This document shows, one piece after another, positions 9,417 through 18,799 of a DNA stretch of 64,000 bases (its first letter is position 1; every line of letters begins with the position of its first letter). The stretch comes from an uncultured Chloroflexota bacterium (GTDB lineage: Bacteria; Chloroflexota; UBA11872; UBA12225), in assembly GCA_902805635.1 (NCBI GenBank), contig CADCTC010000312.1, forward strand, positions 1,774-65,773, written 5' to 3'. Both the position numbers and the translations under genes were made by a program. Under the pieces are notes generated by a model. The model had not been told where the DNA came from. It saw only the letters and a program-made list of their open reading frames with translations, and did no database searches.

Positions 9417-10760
9417 TTGAGCACTCTCCGGATCGTGCGCGCCGGCACTCCCGAAGCGCGACAGCTCCTCGCGCGCGTGGCCTTGACTGACATCGAAACC
9501 GGCGCGGACGTCGCCGAGCTGACCAGAGTAGTGTTCGGCGAGCCACTCTCGCCGGAGCAGTTCGTGGAGCGCGTGCACACTGAGGTCAGAGCACGCGGGG
9601 ATGCAGCGTTGCGCGAGATCGCTGCCAAGGTGGGTGACGCCGCGTCCGGCCCGTTCGAGACCAGTCGCGAAGAGATCGAGCAGGCCTACCGCGACACTCC
9701 CCCGCAGTTGGTGGATGACCTGCGCCGCGCTGCCGACCGAGTGGCCGATTTCCACGCCAAGCAGCCCAGGGGCAGCTGGATCGACTACACAGAGGGACTA
9801 GGGCAGATGCGCCGGCCGCTGGAACGGGTTGGCCTCTATGCTCCGGGAGGCCGCGCGGTTTACCCCTCCACCGTCATCATGACCGCCGTGCCGGCGCGCG
9901 TCGCCGGCGTTGAAGAAATCATCCTCAGCACCCCGGCCCGCGACCAGGGTCGTCAGCGCCCTGACGTGCTCGTCGCGGCCGACATCAGCGGCGTGCATCG
10001 CGTCTTTAAGTTAGGCGGTGCGCAGGCCATCGTCGCCATGGCGTACGGCACCGAGTCGGTCCCTCGTGTGGACAAGGTGCTCGGCCCGGGCAACCTCTTC
10101 GTGGTGCTGGCCAAGCGGCGCGTGTTTGGCGCCGTTGCCATCGACCAGCTCCCCGGCCCCACCGAGACCATGGTGCTCGCAGACGAATCCGCCGACCCGG
10201 ACGGCGTGGCCGCCGACCTTCTGGCGCAGGCCGAGCACGACCCGCTCGCCTCGGCGATCCTAGTGACCACGTCCGACGCGCTCGCGCGCAGCGTCCAGGC
10301 GGCGGTGGAGCGCCAGCTGGAGACACTCTCCACTGCCGCGACGGCGCGCGTTTCACTTGCCGGGCGTGGCGGCGCCGTCGTGGTAAGGTCGGTGGAAGAG
10401 GGGCTGGCCCTGGCGAACGAGTACGCCCCCGAGCACCTTTGCCTGCTCGTGCGTGATGCCTGGACTTGGGTCGGCCGCGTGCGTCACGCGGGAGGGGTTT
10501 TCGTCGGCGACAGCTCGCCCGAGGCAGCGGGTGACTATATCGCCGGACCCAGTCACGTCATGCCGACCGCTCAAACCGCGCGGTTCTCTTCGGTGCTCTC
10601 GGTCGACGACTTCTTAAAGACCATCAGCGTCGTCGGCCTCAGCCGCGACCGCCTCCGTGAGGTCGGCCCGATCGCCGCCCGCCTTGCTCGCTCCGAGGGC
10701 TTCGAGGCCCACGCCCGCGCCGTAGAAGTCCGGCTGCGCGACGACCGATCGCCAGCGTGA
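9417..10760 (+). CDS. hisD: histidinol dehydrogenase
   Basis: RGDAALREIAAKVGD, LYAPGGRAVYPSTVIMTAVPARVAGV, AQAEHDPLASAILVT, GDYIAGPSHVMPT. TTG 9417 lies 7 nt after AAGGAG (9404..9409). Confidence 0.9.
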   Translation: MSTLRIVRAGTPEARQLLARVALTDIETGADVAELTRVVFGEPLSPEQFVERVHTEVRARGDAALREIAAKVGDAASGPFETSREEIEQAYRDTPPQLVDDLRRAADRVADFHAKQPRGSWIDYTEGLGQMRRPLERVGLYAPGGRAVYPSTVIMTAVPARVAGVEEIILSTPARDQGRQRPDVLVAADISGVHRVFKLGGAQAIVAMAYGTESVPRVDKVLGPGNLFVVLAKRRVFGAVAIDQLPGPTETMVLADESADPDGVAADLLAQAEHDPLASAILVTTSDALARSVQAAVERQLETLSTAATARVSLAGRGGAVVVRSVEEGLALANEYAPEHLCLLVRDAWTWVGRVRHAGGVFVGDSSPEAAGDYIAGPSHVMPTAQTARFSSVLSVDDFLKTISVVGLSRDRLREVGPIAARLARSEGFEAHARAVEVRLRDDRSPA

Positions 10761-10782
10761 GCGCCACCGCGCGACCCGGCTA

Positions 10783-11874
10783 TTACTTGCTGAACAGGAT
10801 ATTAACCACGTCGCCGTCCGCGATGGTGTAGGTCTTCCCTTCTTGACGTAACTGGCCCCGCTTACGCGCTTCCGATAGGCTGCCGGCAGCGATGAGGTCC
10901 TGGTAGGCGACTGTCTCCGCGCGGATGAAGCCCTTTTCCAAGTCGCTGTGGATCGTGCCAGCAGCCTGGGGGGCCTTGGTGCCACGCACGATCGGCCAGG
11001 CACGCACCTCGTCCTCACCAGCGGTTAGGAACGAAATTAGGCCAGTCAGATCGTATGACCGCTGGATGATCTTTCCGGCCGCCAGCTCCTTGATACCGAG
11101 GTCTTCCATGAACACGGCGCGGTCCTCGTCTCCGAGCTGAGCAATCTCCATCTCGATCTGCCCCGTTAGTGACGCCACGGCCGTACGCTTGTGCGAATAC
11201 GCCGCCAGCAGCGTCTGCTCGCGCTCCTCGGCGTCGGGCAATTGACCCTCGTCCAAGTTGAGCACCAGCAGCACCGGCTTGAGCGAAAGGAACTGGAAGC
11301 CCCGGATCGCCCGCTCCTGCTCCTCGCTGATTTCCACGTCCCGCAGGGGGATACCCGCTTCCAGCTGCTCCTGGAAGTGCTTGAACAGCTCGATCTCGGC
11401 CTCGACCGGGACGCGCTCGGCTTGCTTGGTGCGCTTGAGGTCCTGTTCCAACCGCTGCTGGCGCCGCTCGACGATCCCTAGGTCGCTCACGATCAGGTCC
11501 AGGTGCACCTTCTCGACGTCTCCCGCGGGATCTACCGGCCCTTCCCGCGGCACCGCCGCGTTGGCGAACGCCCGCACCACCAGCACCAGCGCGTCCACCG
11601 TGCGCAGCGCCCCTACCCAGGCTGCCTCGCTCTTGTCGCGGCTGCCAAAGCCCACGCCGGGGAAATCGGTGTACTGCACCTCGGCATACGTGGTCTTGCG
11701 TGGATTGAACAGCTCTGTCAGCCGGTCAACGCGAGCGTCCGGCACCTTGACTATGGCGACGTGAGTGTCCTGCCCGTACCCCCCGGAGCTCGCCACCGGC
11801 GCTGCTCCACCGGTGAGCGCATTGAATACCGTCGTCTTGCCGCTCTGCGGCAGCCCAATAATTCCGAGTCGCAT
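10783..11874 (-). CDS. ychF: redox-regulated ATPase YchF (Obg-family GTPase fold)
   Basis: MRLGIIGLPQSGKTTVFNALTGG and a C-terminal TGS-like domain (GFIRAETVAYQDLI...), 363 aa. Confidence 0.9.
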   Translation of the reverse strand: MRLGIIGLPQSGKTTVFNALTGGAAPVASSGGYGQDTHVAIVKVPDARVDRLTELFNPRKTTYAEVQYTDFPGVGFGSRDKSEAAWVGALRTVDALVLVVRAFANAAVPREGPVDPAGDVEKVHLDLIVSDLGIVERRQQRLEQDLKRTKQAERVPVEAEIELFKHFQEQLEAGIPLRDVEISEEQERAIRGFQFLSLKPVLLVLNLDEGQLPDAEEREQTLLAAYSHKRTAVASLTGQIEMEIAQLGDEDRAVFMEDLGIKELAAGKIIQRSYDLTGLISFLTAGEDEVRAWPIVRGTKAPQAAGTIHSDLEKGFIRAETVAYQDLIAAGSLSEARKRGQLRQEGKTYTIADGDVVNILFSK

Positions 11875-11919
11875 GAATACTCAAGTGTTCTGGATCAGCT
11901 GTATAACCGGCACGCCCGC

Positions 11920-13221
11920 TCAGCGGATGACGTCCAGCACCAGCGCCGGCGGGCGCACCGGAGAGTCGCTCCACCGGAACGCGCCGGAGAGCTGCCGGAG
12001 TGAGTCTACCGAAACCGGCTGCCTGGAATGCACGGTCGCCAGCGCCTGGCCAGCTGCGACGTGTTCACCGCTTTTGACGCGCAGCACGATGCCCACTGCG
12101 GGATCGACGCGATCGCTCTTGGTCGCCCGGCCCGCGCCAAGCCGCATCGCCACCTGGCCACAGGCCAGTGCATCGATGCCCGACACATGTCCGGCACGGG
12201 CCGCGGGTAGATCGTGCACGTGCGGCGCGCGGGGCAAGCGCGCGGAGTCGTCGATGCAGCGCACGTCCCCGCCCATTGCCTCGACCAGCGACCGCAGTCG
12301 TGACAGTGCGCTGCCGTCCCGCAGCGTCGCGCCTAGCCGCTCACGCGCCGCCTCATGGCTTGGTGCGGCTCCCGCCGCAACCAGCACTTCCTCCCCCAGG
12401 GTCAGGCACAGAGAAACCAGATCCTCCGGTCCGTTGCCCTGCAGCGTCTCCATCGCTTCCCGGACCTCTAGCGCGTTTCCGATAGCGTTTCCTAGCGGCT
12501 CCGACATGCCGGACAGCACCGCCACCGCCGGCAGCCCGACTCCTCTGCCGAGCTCCACCATCGTGAGCGCGAGCTGACGCGCCGAGTCCAGATCCTTCAT
12601 GAGTGCGCCTTCCCCCACCTTCACGTCCAGCACCACCGCATTCGCGCCCGTCGCAATCTTCTTGCTCATGATGGAGCTGGCGATCAGCGGGATCGACTCC
12701 ACCGTCCCCGTCACGTCCCGCAGCGCGTACAGACGGCCGTCACCTGGGGCTAGCTCCGGCGATTGTGCCGCGATGGCGATGCCGCGTTCCTTCACAGTGG
12801 CGACAAAGTTCTCCGCGCCAACCTCCGTCCGCACGCCGGGGATTGCCTCCAGCTTGTCGATCGTGCCGCCGGTGTGTCCCAATCCTCGTCCCGACATCTT
12901 TGCGACCAGCACCCCGGAAGCCGCCAGCATCGGCGCCAGCACCAGTGTCGTCTTGTCGCCGACACCCCCGGTGGAATGCTTGTCCACCACCGGCCGCCCT
13001 GCGTCTCCAAAGCTTAGCCGCCGTCCGCTGTCAGCCAGCGCCAACGTCAGCGCCGTCGTCTCACCGGCGTCCAGCCCCCGCCAGCACACCGCCATCAGCC
13101 ACGACGCCACCTGGTAGTCCGCTACCTCATCCCGCAGGTACGCCGCGATCAGCCACCCGATCTCCTCGTCCGACAGGCGGCCCCCGTCGCGCTTTCGGGC
13201 AATTAAGTCGACAGCGCGCAT
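11920..13221 (-). CDS. deoA: pyrimidine-nucleoside (thymidine) phosphorylase
   Basis: MRAVDLIARKRDGGRLSDEEI..., VDKHSTGGVGDKTTLVLAPMLAA, SGRGLGHTGGTIDKLE, 433 aa. Confidence 0.9.
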   Translation of the reverse strand: MRAVDLIARKRDGGRLSDEEIGWLIAAYLRDEVADYQVASWLMAVCWRGLDAGETTALTLALADSGRRLSFGDAGRPVVDKHSTGGVGDKTTLVLAPMLAASGVLVAKMSGRGLGHTGGTIDKLEAIPGVRTEVGAENFVATVKERGIAIAAQSPELAPGDGRLYALRDVTGTVESIPLIASSIMSKKIATGANAVVLDVKVGEGALMKDLDSARQLALTMVELGRGVGLPAVAVLSGMSEPLGNAIGNALEVREAMETLQGNGPEDLVSLCLTLGEEVLVAAGAAPSHEAARERLGATLRDGSALSRLRSLVEAMGGDVRCIDDSARLPRAPHVHDLPAARAGHVSGIDALACGQVAMRLGAGRATKSDRVDPAVGIVLRVKSGEHVAAGQALATVHSRQPVSVDSLRQLSGAFRWSDSPVRPPALVLDVIR

Positions 13222-14802
13222 TCAACGGGTCTCGGTGACCACGGAGCGAAGTCGCCGCTGCGCTAGCGTTACGTACTCCACCAGTTGCCCCGCAGGGAGG
13301 CCCGCTGCGCCGTGCTCCGCGCGCCAGAGCTCACCTGCCAGGGCGTGCACGTAGGAGCCGGCACAGGCGGCGTCGAAGGGTGACAATCCTTGCGCAAGCA
13401 ATCCTGCGACCACACCGCTGAGCACATCCCCACTCCCGGCGCTCGCCAGCGCTGCGTTGGCGAACGGGTTCAGCGCCGTTTGCCCGTCAGGCGAGGCGAT
13501 AATGCTCGGTGCCCCTTTGAGCACCAGCACTTGCCCCCACTGGTGGGCGTACGATCGCGCCAGCGCGAGACGATTCGCCTGCACCTGCCCGGCATCTGTC
13601 CCCGCCAGTCGCCCCATCTCGCCGGGATGTGGTGTCAACACCCACCGTGGCGCCGCAGGCTTCGGCCAATCACTCGCCGTTGCCAGCGCATTGAGTGCGT
13701 CGGCATCAAACAACACCGGTGGCGCCTCGGCCACTGCAGCGAGCCGCTCCGCCAGCAGCAGCACCAGCTTCCTAGTCTCCGGGGCGTTGCCCAGCCCTGG
13801 CCCAATCGCCACGGCGTCATAGCGCAGGGCAGCATCCACCAGCGGCCCCATGTGCCCAGGTGTCAGCTGTCCAGGCGCGGCCGGGTCATCGGGCAGCGGC
13901 AGGAACGTGATCTCGGGCGCGCGTGCCGCCGCGGCTTCGACTACAGCGGGTACGGCGGCGAGTGTGACCAGGCCCGCGCCGGAGCGAACCGCCGAGGCGG
14001 CGGTGAGCCACGCGGCGCCCGTGTACTGGGCGCTACCGCCGATTACAAGCACCTTGCCGTACGTGCCCTTGTGCGAGTTGTCGGGGCGCACTGGCAGCAA
14101 CGCAGCGACCGTCACAGCGTCGAGCCGGCGCAGCATCCCGTCACCACCCGCCTCCACGCCGAGTCCGATGTCCAGCGACCGGACCCGCCCCGCCAAACCT
14201 GCGCCAGGATGAATGAACAATCCAGGCTTGGCCGGTCCAGTTGCCAACGTGAGACCGGCCCGAAACGCCGCTTCGTCCGCTTGGCCACTATCCGCGTCCA
14301 CTCCCGTGGGGATGTCTACCGCAATGCGTCGCTGCCCGGCCCGACTTGCCTCGCGGCAAAGCGCCAGGACCTCCGCGACCGCTCCCTTCATTGGCAGGTG
14401 CGCCCCGATGCCGAGGATGCCGTCGAGCACCACGTCGGCCTCAGCAAGCCAAGCGCGCAAGTTCTCCAGCGACCGCTTCGAATGCACTTCCGTCGGTACC
14501 TCTGCGCCGGCGCCGAGCGTCCAGGCCAGCAGAGGGTCATCTCCCCGCGACGCGATCAGGTAAACGCGAGCCACCATGCCGAAGTGCCGAACCAGGCGCT
14601 CGGCGGCGATCAGCGCATCGCCGCCATTGTTGCCCTTGCCGACCAGCACTACCAGGCTGCGCCCGCGCGTGCGCGGCAGCCACGCCGCCACCGCATCGGC
14701 CACCGCACAGCCGGCCGCCTGCATCAGCTGCGCCTCGCTGGCGCCGGAACTCATCGTACGGTGCTCCAGCGCGCGCATCTCCTCCACGCTTACTAACTTC
14801 AC
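13222..14802 (-). CDS. nnr: bifunctional NAD(P)H-hydrate repair enzyme (epimerase/ADP-dependent dehydratase)
   Basis: N-terminal YjeF_N (VLVGKGNNGGDALIAA) plus a C-terminal carbohydrate-kinase domain (KGTYGKVLVIGGS..., GSGDVLSGVVAGLLAQG). Abuts the phosphorylase gene with zero gap. Confidence 0.85.
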   Translation of the reverse strand: MKLVSVEEMRALEHRTMSSGASEAQLMQAAGCAVADAVAAWLPRTRGRSLVVLVGKGNNGGDALIAAERLVRHFGMVARVYLIASRGDDPLLAWTLGAGAEVPTEVHSKRSLENLRAWLAEADVVLDGILGIGAHLPMKGAVAEVLALCREASRAGQRRIAVDIPTGVDADSGQADEAAFRAGLTLATGPAKPGLFIHPGAGLAGRVRSLDIGLGVEAGGDGMLRRLDAVTVAALLPVRPDNSHKGTYGKVLVIGGSAQYTGAAWLTAASAVRSGAGLVTLAAVPAVVEAAAARAPEITFLPLPDDPAAPGQLTPGHMGPLVDAALRYDAVAIGPGLGNAPETRKLVLLLAERLAAVAEAPPVLFDADALNALATASDWPKPAAPRWVLTPHPGEMGRLAGTDAGQVQANRLALARSYAHQWGQVLVLKGAPSIIASPDGQTALNPFANAALASAGSGDVLSGVVAGLLAQGLSPFDAACAGSYVHALAGELWRAEHGAAGLPAGQLVEYVTLAQRRLRSVVTETR

Positions 14803-15161
14803 GACGCCACCACCATCGCCACCGCGTACTCACGTGAGTGGGAGAGCGACAGCGCGAACTCGGTGAGGCCAATCGTTTTGGCCCGTTGGAGCGCACGGTC
14901 GTGCAGCCTTACCAGCGGCTTGCCCAACGGGTCGGGCACCACTTCCATGTCCCGCCACGCCAAACCACGGATACCAGTCCCCAGCGCTTTAGAGATCGCC
15001 TCCTTCGCGGCGAACCGCGCCGCAAGTTCGGCAATGCGCCCACGGCAGTAACGCAGCTCACCCGGAGTGTAGACGCGCTCCAGGAACTTCTCCTGCCATC
15101 GCTCGATTACCGCCCCCACGCGTGCGATCTCGATTACGTCTACGCCGACGCTCAGCGGCAC
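14799..15161 (-). CDS. acpS: holo-[acyl-carrier-protein] synthase
   Basis: 120 aa, GVDVIEIARV..., FAAKEAISKALGTG, HSREYAVA. 4-nt overlap with nnr. Confidence 0.85.
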   Translation of the reverse strand: MPLSVGVDVIEIARVGAVIERWQEKFLERVYTPGELRYCRGRIAELAARFAAKEAISKALGTGIRGLAWRDMEVVPDPLGKPLVRLHDRALQRAKTIGLTEFALSLSHSREYAVAMVVAS

Positions 15162-15166
15162 TGCGC

Positions 15167-16471
15167 CTACTCCGCCCAGAGGTGTACTTCGCGCACCGCG
15201 GAGGCGTAGTCCCAGCCAGACGCCACCACCTCCACGCGCTCGATTCGCCAGGGACGCGGCACAAGCGCTAGCAGGTCAACCTCCACGTGCCGCCAGTCGG
15301 TCGAGTCCAGACGCTCACCGTTGACCACCGGATACCCGTCCTCGTTCTGTAGATAGAAGCCCCGGTACCAGGGCTGCTTGCCCCCAGTGGCGTCGCGATA
15401 GATGACCCGCAGCATGAGCGGGTACTCGGTGCCCGCCCAACCGCCGCCCGAGAGGGAGTGCGAGAGCACGCGGATGTCACCGGACAGTACCAATTTCTCG
15501 TAGTCCCATAGGTCTGCGTCTAGCTGCTGCGAGATCAGCGTCTCGCCGTGCCCCCTCCCGGTGCGCCGGAAGGTCACCGCGCCAGGCACATCAGACGTAG
15601 ATACCACTCCCGCTGGCTCCTGTTCCGACGCATCTACCTGCACCCAGCCGCCGAGTAGTCCCGCGGGCTTGTCGGTGAAATAGCCGTTCTCCAGCAGGTC
15701 CGCCCGCTGTGGCAAGTTGCCCGCAGGCGCGCGGTCGGGACGTGCCACCAGCCGTTGCCCCGCCCGGGCCCCGACTACTGCCGGCAGGCTATCCGCCGCT
15801 GCTGTCATCCCGGTTGTGGCAGCCGTCACAAAGCCCGGCTGCACGTGCGCCGTGGCCTCGCCGCGACGTACCCGCACTTGCATCGCATCACGACCAATGT
15901 CGGCCGTATAGCTGCCTTCAGTCAGGTGCACCTCCGCCGCGGGGGTGCGCAGCTGCACGAACGAGACGCCCGGATCCGGGTGAGGCGCTACACCCAACCG
16001 TACGCGCCCATTCTGTAGCTCTAGGACCACGGTCGATCGCTCGCTGCGGAACCGACCCTGCTCGGCGCGCATGACGCGCAAGGTCGAGCTGGGATACAGG
16101 AGGACGGTGCTGTTGTCGAACAGCTGGAAGAACGCCCGCGCGTTCCCTGCCGTGCGCAGTGTGTCGCCTGGTCCCACGCGCACGTCCGGTCCCGCCACGC
16201 CCCACTCGCGGGCGCCCTGCTTCCGAATGAACACCACCCCATCGATAGATGTGACCTCGGCCGACCGCGGCTCGATTGCCGACGTGACGTATGCGTGATA
16301 CGCGAGGGGACCGCCAACAAGCAGCACCAGAAGCGTGACGCTGGCGAGCGCGAGCACGCGCCACGCCAATCGGAGGGCGGAGCGGGCATCTGCCGTGTAC
16401 GGGCTGAAGGTCGGGACCAGCGGCGCGTAACGCGGCGGCGAGCCTAGTCGGGTGCCACTTGCCTCAGCCAT
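15167..16471 (-). CDS. membrane-anchored FecR-domain protein with a C-terminal beta-sandwich-like domain (function unknown)
   Basis: TM segment LALASVTLLVLLVGGPLAY, then a FecR-like stretch (VVFIRKQGAREWGVAGPDVRVGPGDTLRTAGNARAFFQLFDNSTVLLYPSSTLRV). ATG 16471 is preferred over the upstream start at 16519. Confidence 0.55.
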   Translation of the reverse strand: MAEASGTRLGSPPRYAPLVPTFSPYTADARSALRLAWRVLALASVTLLVLLVGGPLAYHAYVTSAIEPRSAEVTSIDGVVFIRKQGAREWGVAGPDVRVGPGDTLRTAGNARAFFQLFDNSTVLLYPSSTLRVMRAEQGRFRSERSTVVLELQNGRVRLGVAPHPDPGVSFVQLRTPAAEVHLTEGSYTADIGRDAMQVRVRRGEATAHVQPGFVTAATTGMTAAADSLPAVVGARAGQRLVARPDRAPAGNLPQRADLLENGYFTDKPAGLLGGWVQVDASEQEPAGVVSTSDVPGAVTFRRTGRGHGETLISQQLDADLWDYEKLVLSGDIRVLSHSLSGGGWAGTEYPLMLRVIYRDATGGKQPWYRGFYLQNEDGYPVVNGERLDSTDWRHVEVDLLALVPRPWRIERVEVVASGWDYASAVREVHLWAE

Positions 16472-16577
16472 CCGTCCGCTGTGCTCCCATGGTGGCGACG
16501 ACACGTCGAGGGCCCACAATGTACAACGCCGCTGCGTCCATTACTGGCCCCAGCGGCGCCCGCCTACCTGCAGTATC

Positions 16578-16724
16578 TTATGCTTCGTCGCGCTGCTTAC
16601 GGCGCTTTCCGACGATCTCCACCGCCGGAGCCGGCGTCTGGTCGATGGTGGAACGCACGCCCTTAGCGACCGCGTCCTTCTTGGGCTTCTTCTTTTCTTT
16701 CTTGGCCGGAGCACCCTGCGGCAT
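16578..16724 (-). CDS. small (48 aa) lysine-rich basic protein, absent from the ORF track (below its size cutoff)
   Basis: Minus strand reads GGAGGTGAGTCC-ATG, then MPQGAPAKKEKKKPKKDAVAKGVRSTIDQTPAPAVEIVGKRRKQRDEA-TAA. A perfect TATAAT sits on the same strand at 16769..16774. Confidence 0.45.
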   Translation of the reverse strand: MPQGAPAKKEKKKPKKDAVAKGVRSTIDQTPAPAVEIVGKRRKQRDEA

Positions 16725-16877
16725 GGACTCACCTCCGTCGTACGAAATGTGAATGGGACGACATGGCGATTATATGCGGGCAAAGGGCAGGTGTAGGGCG
16801 GGCTGTTCGTCGTGCCGGCATTAGAATCTAGGAACGGGCTCCTGCCGCCGTCCGTGGGGCAACCCGCGCTCCTCGAT

Positions 16878-16960
16878 GCCGGGGTGGCGAAATGGCATAC
16901 GCAGTGCACTTAAAATGCATCGGCCGAAAGGTCTTGCGGGTTCGAGTCCCGCTCCCGGCA
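16878..16960 (+). tRNA. tRNA-Leu (anticodon TAA), long variable arm, CCA not encoded
   Basis: Cloverleaf folded by hand: acceptor GCCGGGG/TCCCGGC, anticodon loop CTTAAAA, T-arm GCGGG-TTCGAGT-CCCGC, discriminator A. Confidence 0.9.
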
Positions 16961-16986
16961 CCTTCTTGCGCTGAAACGTCGCCCGG

Positions 16987-17928
16987 ATGAGCAGCCAATC
17001 AGCAACAAGCTCTCTGGTGATGCGCGTTGTCCTGCTTGTCAATCCTGAGGCCGGCATGCGGCCGGCGTCGGTGGACCAGCTGGCGGCGGAGCTGCGCCGC
17101 CGCGGGGCGGAAGTGGAGCTCGCCCCGACCACTCGCGCCGGAGACGGGACGGCGATTGCCCGTCGGGCTGCCGAGAGCGGCGCGGACGTGCTGTTGGCGT
17201 GCGGCGGCGACGGCACGCTCAACGAGGCGATCAACGGCCTGGCAGGAAGCAACACCGCGCTCGCCACGTTCCCAGCGGGCACCGTGAACGTGTGGGCGCG
17301 CGAGGTTGGCATCCCCGCCGATCCGGTTCGCAACGCTGCACTGCTGTGGGAAGGTGAGCGGCGCCGCGTGGACCTCGGCCGCGCGGGCGAGCGCTACTTC
17401 CTCTTGATGGCCGGCATCGGACTGGATGCCGACGTGGCTGCGCGCGTCACGCGCCCGGAGAAGCGCCGTTGGGGCCCGTTCGCATACCTCGGGCGCGGCA
17501 TCGTCACTGGCATCCGCTGGCCGCTGCAGCGCATGTGGATCCTGCTAGATGACCGTTCAGTGCGCCGGCGCGCCCTGTTCGCCGTGATTGGCAACACGCG
17601 CCTCTACGGCGGTGTCGTCAACATCACTCACCATGCCGTCGCCGATGACGGCATGTTGGACGTGTGCCTCTTCGGCGGCCAGGGAACATTCGAGAAGGTT
17701 GCTCACGCGCTCCGCGTGGCGCTACGCCTGCATACCACCGTCCCGACCGTGGAGTACTACCGAGCGCACCAGATCACGCTGGTGACGCGCCCGCGCGTCT
17801 ACGTGCAAGTGGACGGCGACACGATCGGCCAGACGCCCATGCAGTTCTCCGCCGTGCCACGCGCCCTGCTCGTGGTGGTGCCCGCCAACCACAGCGACGG
17901 ACTATTCCTCAGGCCGCCGGAGCGCTGA
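16987..17928 (+). CDS. diacylglycerol-kinase-family lipid kinase (YegS/BmrU type)
   Basis: VLLVNPEAG..., LLACGGDGTLNEAINGL, GTVNVWARE, 313 aa. Confidence 0.85.
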   Translation: MSSQSATSSLVMRVVLLVNPEAGMRPASVDQLAAELRRRGAEVELAPTTRAGDGTAIARRAAESGADVLLACGGDGTLNEAINGLAGSNTALATFPAGTVNVWAREVGIPADPVRNAALLWEGERRRVDLGRAGERYFLLMAGIGLDADVAARVTRPEKRRWGPFAYLGRGIVTGIRWPLQRMWILLDDRSVRRRALFAVIGNTRLYGGVVNITHHAVADDGMLDVCLFGGQGTFEKVAHALRVALRLHTTVPTVEYYRAHQITLVTRPRVYVQVDGDTIGQTPMQFSAVPRALLVVVPANHSDGLFLRPPER

Positions 17929-17994
17929 GCGCGCTTACTGGACCCTGCCACGACAGAGAGGCGTCCCACCGCGGGCACGCCCCTCATGCTTGTG

Positions 17995-18069
17995 TGGAGG
18001 CGACGGCCGGAATCGAACCGGCGATAGAGCTTTTGCAGAGCTCCGCCTTAACCACTTGGCCACGTCGCC
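17995..18069 (-). tRNA. tRNA-Cys (GCA), CCA encoded
   Basis: The reverse complement folds as GGCGACG..CTGCAAA..GCCGG-TTCGATT-CCGGC-CGTCGCC-T-CCA. Confidence 0.9.
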
Positions 18070-18154
18070 GCACCCCTGAAAGCACACGTCCGGCCTCTGG
18101 GCCGGACGAAAACCACCGTGCAGCCGCGCCATTACGGCGTGATCGCTCGATTGT

Positions 18155-18229
18155 TGGAGCGGAAGACGAGATTCGAACTCGCGACCTTCTCCTTGGCAAG
18201 GAGACGCTCTACCCCTGAGCCACTTCCGC
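18155..18229 (-). tRNA. tRNA-Gly (GCC), CCA encoded
   Basis: The reverse complement is GCGGAAG-TG-GCTCAGGGGTAGAGC-..TTGCCAA..-GCGAG-TTCGAAT-CTCGT-CTTCCGC-T-CCA. Confidence 0.9.
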
Positions 18230-18259
18230 GTACTGTCCGGTTTAGCCGGAACACCGATT

Positions 18260-18288
18260 ACTATACCACAGACGCAAGGCCTTGTCAG
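18260..18288 (-). promoter_or_regulatory. sigma-70-like promoter for tRNA-Gly/tRNA-Cys (CTGACA-N17-TATAGT)
   Basis: Minus strand reads ctgaca-aggccttgcgtctgtgg-tatagt. The -10 ends about 30 nt upstream of the mature tRNA-Gly 5' end. Confidence 0.4.
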
Positions 18289-18322
18289 CACCCGCCGGCA
18301 CGGCGAGGCCCTGCTGCTGGGG

Positions 18323-18398
18323 TGGTGCCAAGGCGCAGAATCGAACTGCGGACACTGCGATTTTCAGTCGCATGCTCTACCAACTGAGCTACCTTGGC
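18323..18398 (-). tRNA. tRNA-Phe (GAA), CCA encoded
   Basis: The reverse complement is GCCAAGG-TA-GCTCAGTTGGTAGAGC-..CTGAAAA..-TTCGATT-..CCTTGGC-A-CCA. Confidence 0.9.
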
Positions 18399-18433
18399 AG
18401 GCTCCTAGGAGCGGAGCGATTGTATCAAGACGG

Positions 18434-18506
18434 TGGGCGGTGAGGGGCTCGAACCCCCGACACCGGCGGTGTAAACGCCGTGCTCTACCAGCTGAGCTAA
18501 CCGCCC
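18434..18506 (-). tRNA. tRNA-Val (TAC), CCA not encoded
   Basis: The reverse complement is GGGCGGT-TA-GCTCAGCTGGTAGAGC-A-CGGCG-TTTACAC-CGCCG-GTGTC-GGGGG-TTCGAGC-CCCTC-ACCGCCC-A, followed by CCG. Confidence 0.85.
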
Positions 18507-18548
18507 GCGCGTGCCTAGGGATTCGAATGCGCTCCGACCCCTAAATCA

Positions 18549-18583
18549 CAGACGGACGTGCCAGGAAATAGCACGTCCGTCTG
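18549..18583 (-). terminator. perfect 13-bp hairpin 5 nt downstream of tRNA-Leu(GAG), a terminator or processing structure
   Basis: cagacggacgtgc-caggaaata-gcacgtccgtctg. On the minus strand it is followed by TGATTTAGGGG. Confidence 0.45.
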
Positions 18584-18588
18584 CTTGA

Positions 18589-18678
<90 letters not shown>

Positions 18679-18799
18679 GTGGAAAGGTACACGAAGTATA
18701 TCAGGGGCACAGAAGGCCCAGAAAGACGCCTATAATCGGCGCATCGGCTCCTTGCGTGTCTCCCCTGCCCGTCTGCCGCGCGTCGATCGCCACGAACCC

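Noticed and set aside
18518-18541. GGGATTCGAATGCGCTCC between tRNA-Val and the hairpin looks like a tRNA T-loop (TTCGAAT), suggesting a tRNA remnant or a seventh tRNA.
   Set aside because: The flanks do not form a T-stem, and no acceptor, D or anticodon arms can be drawn.
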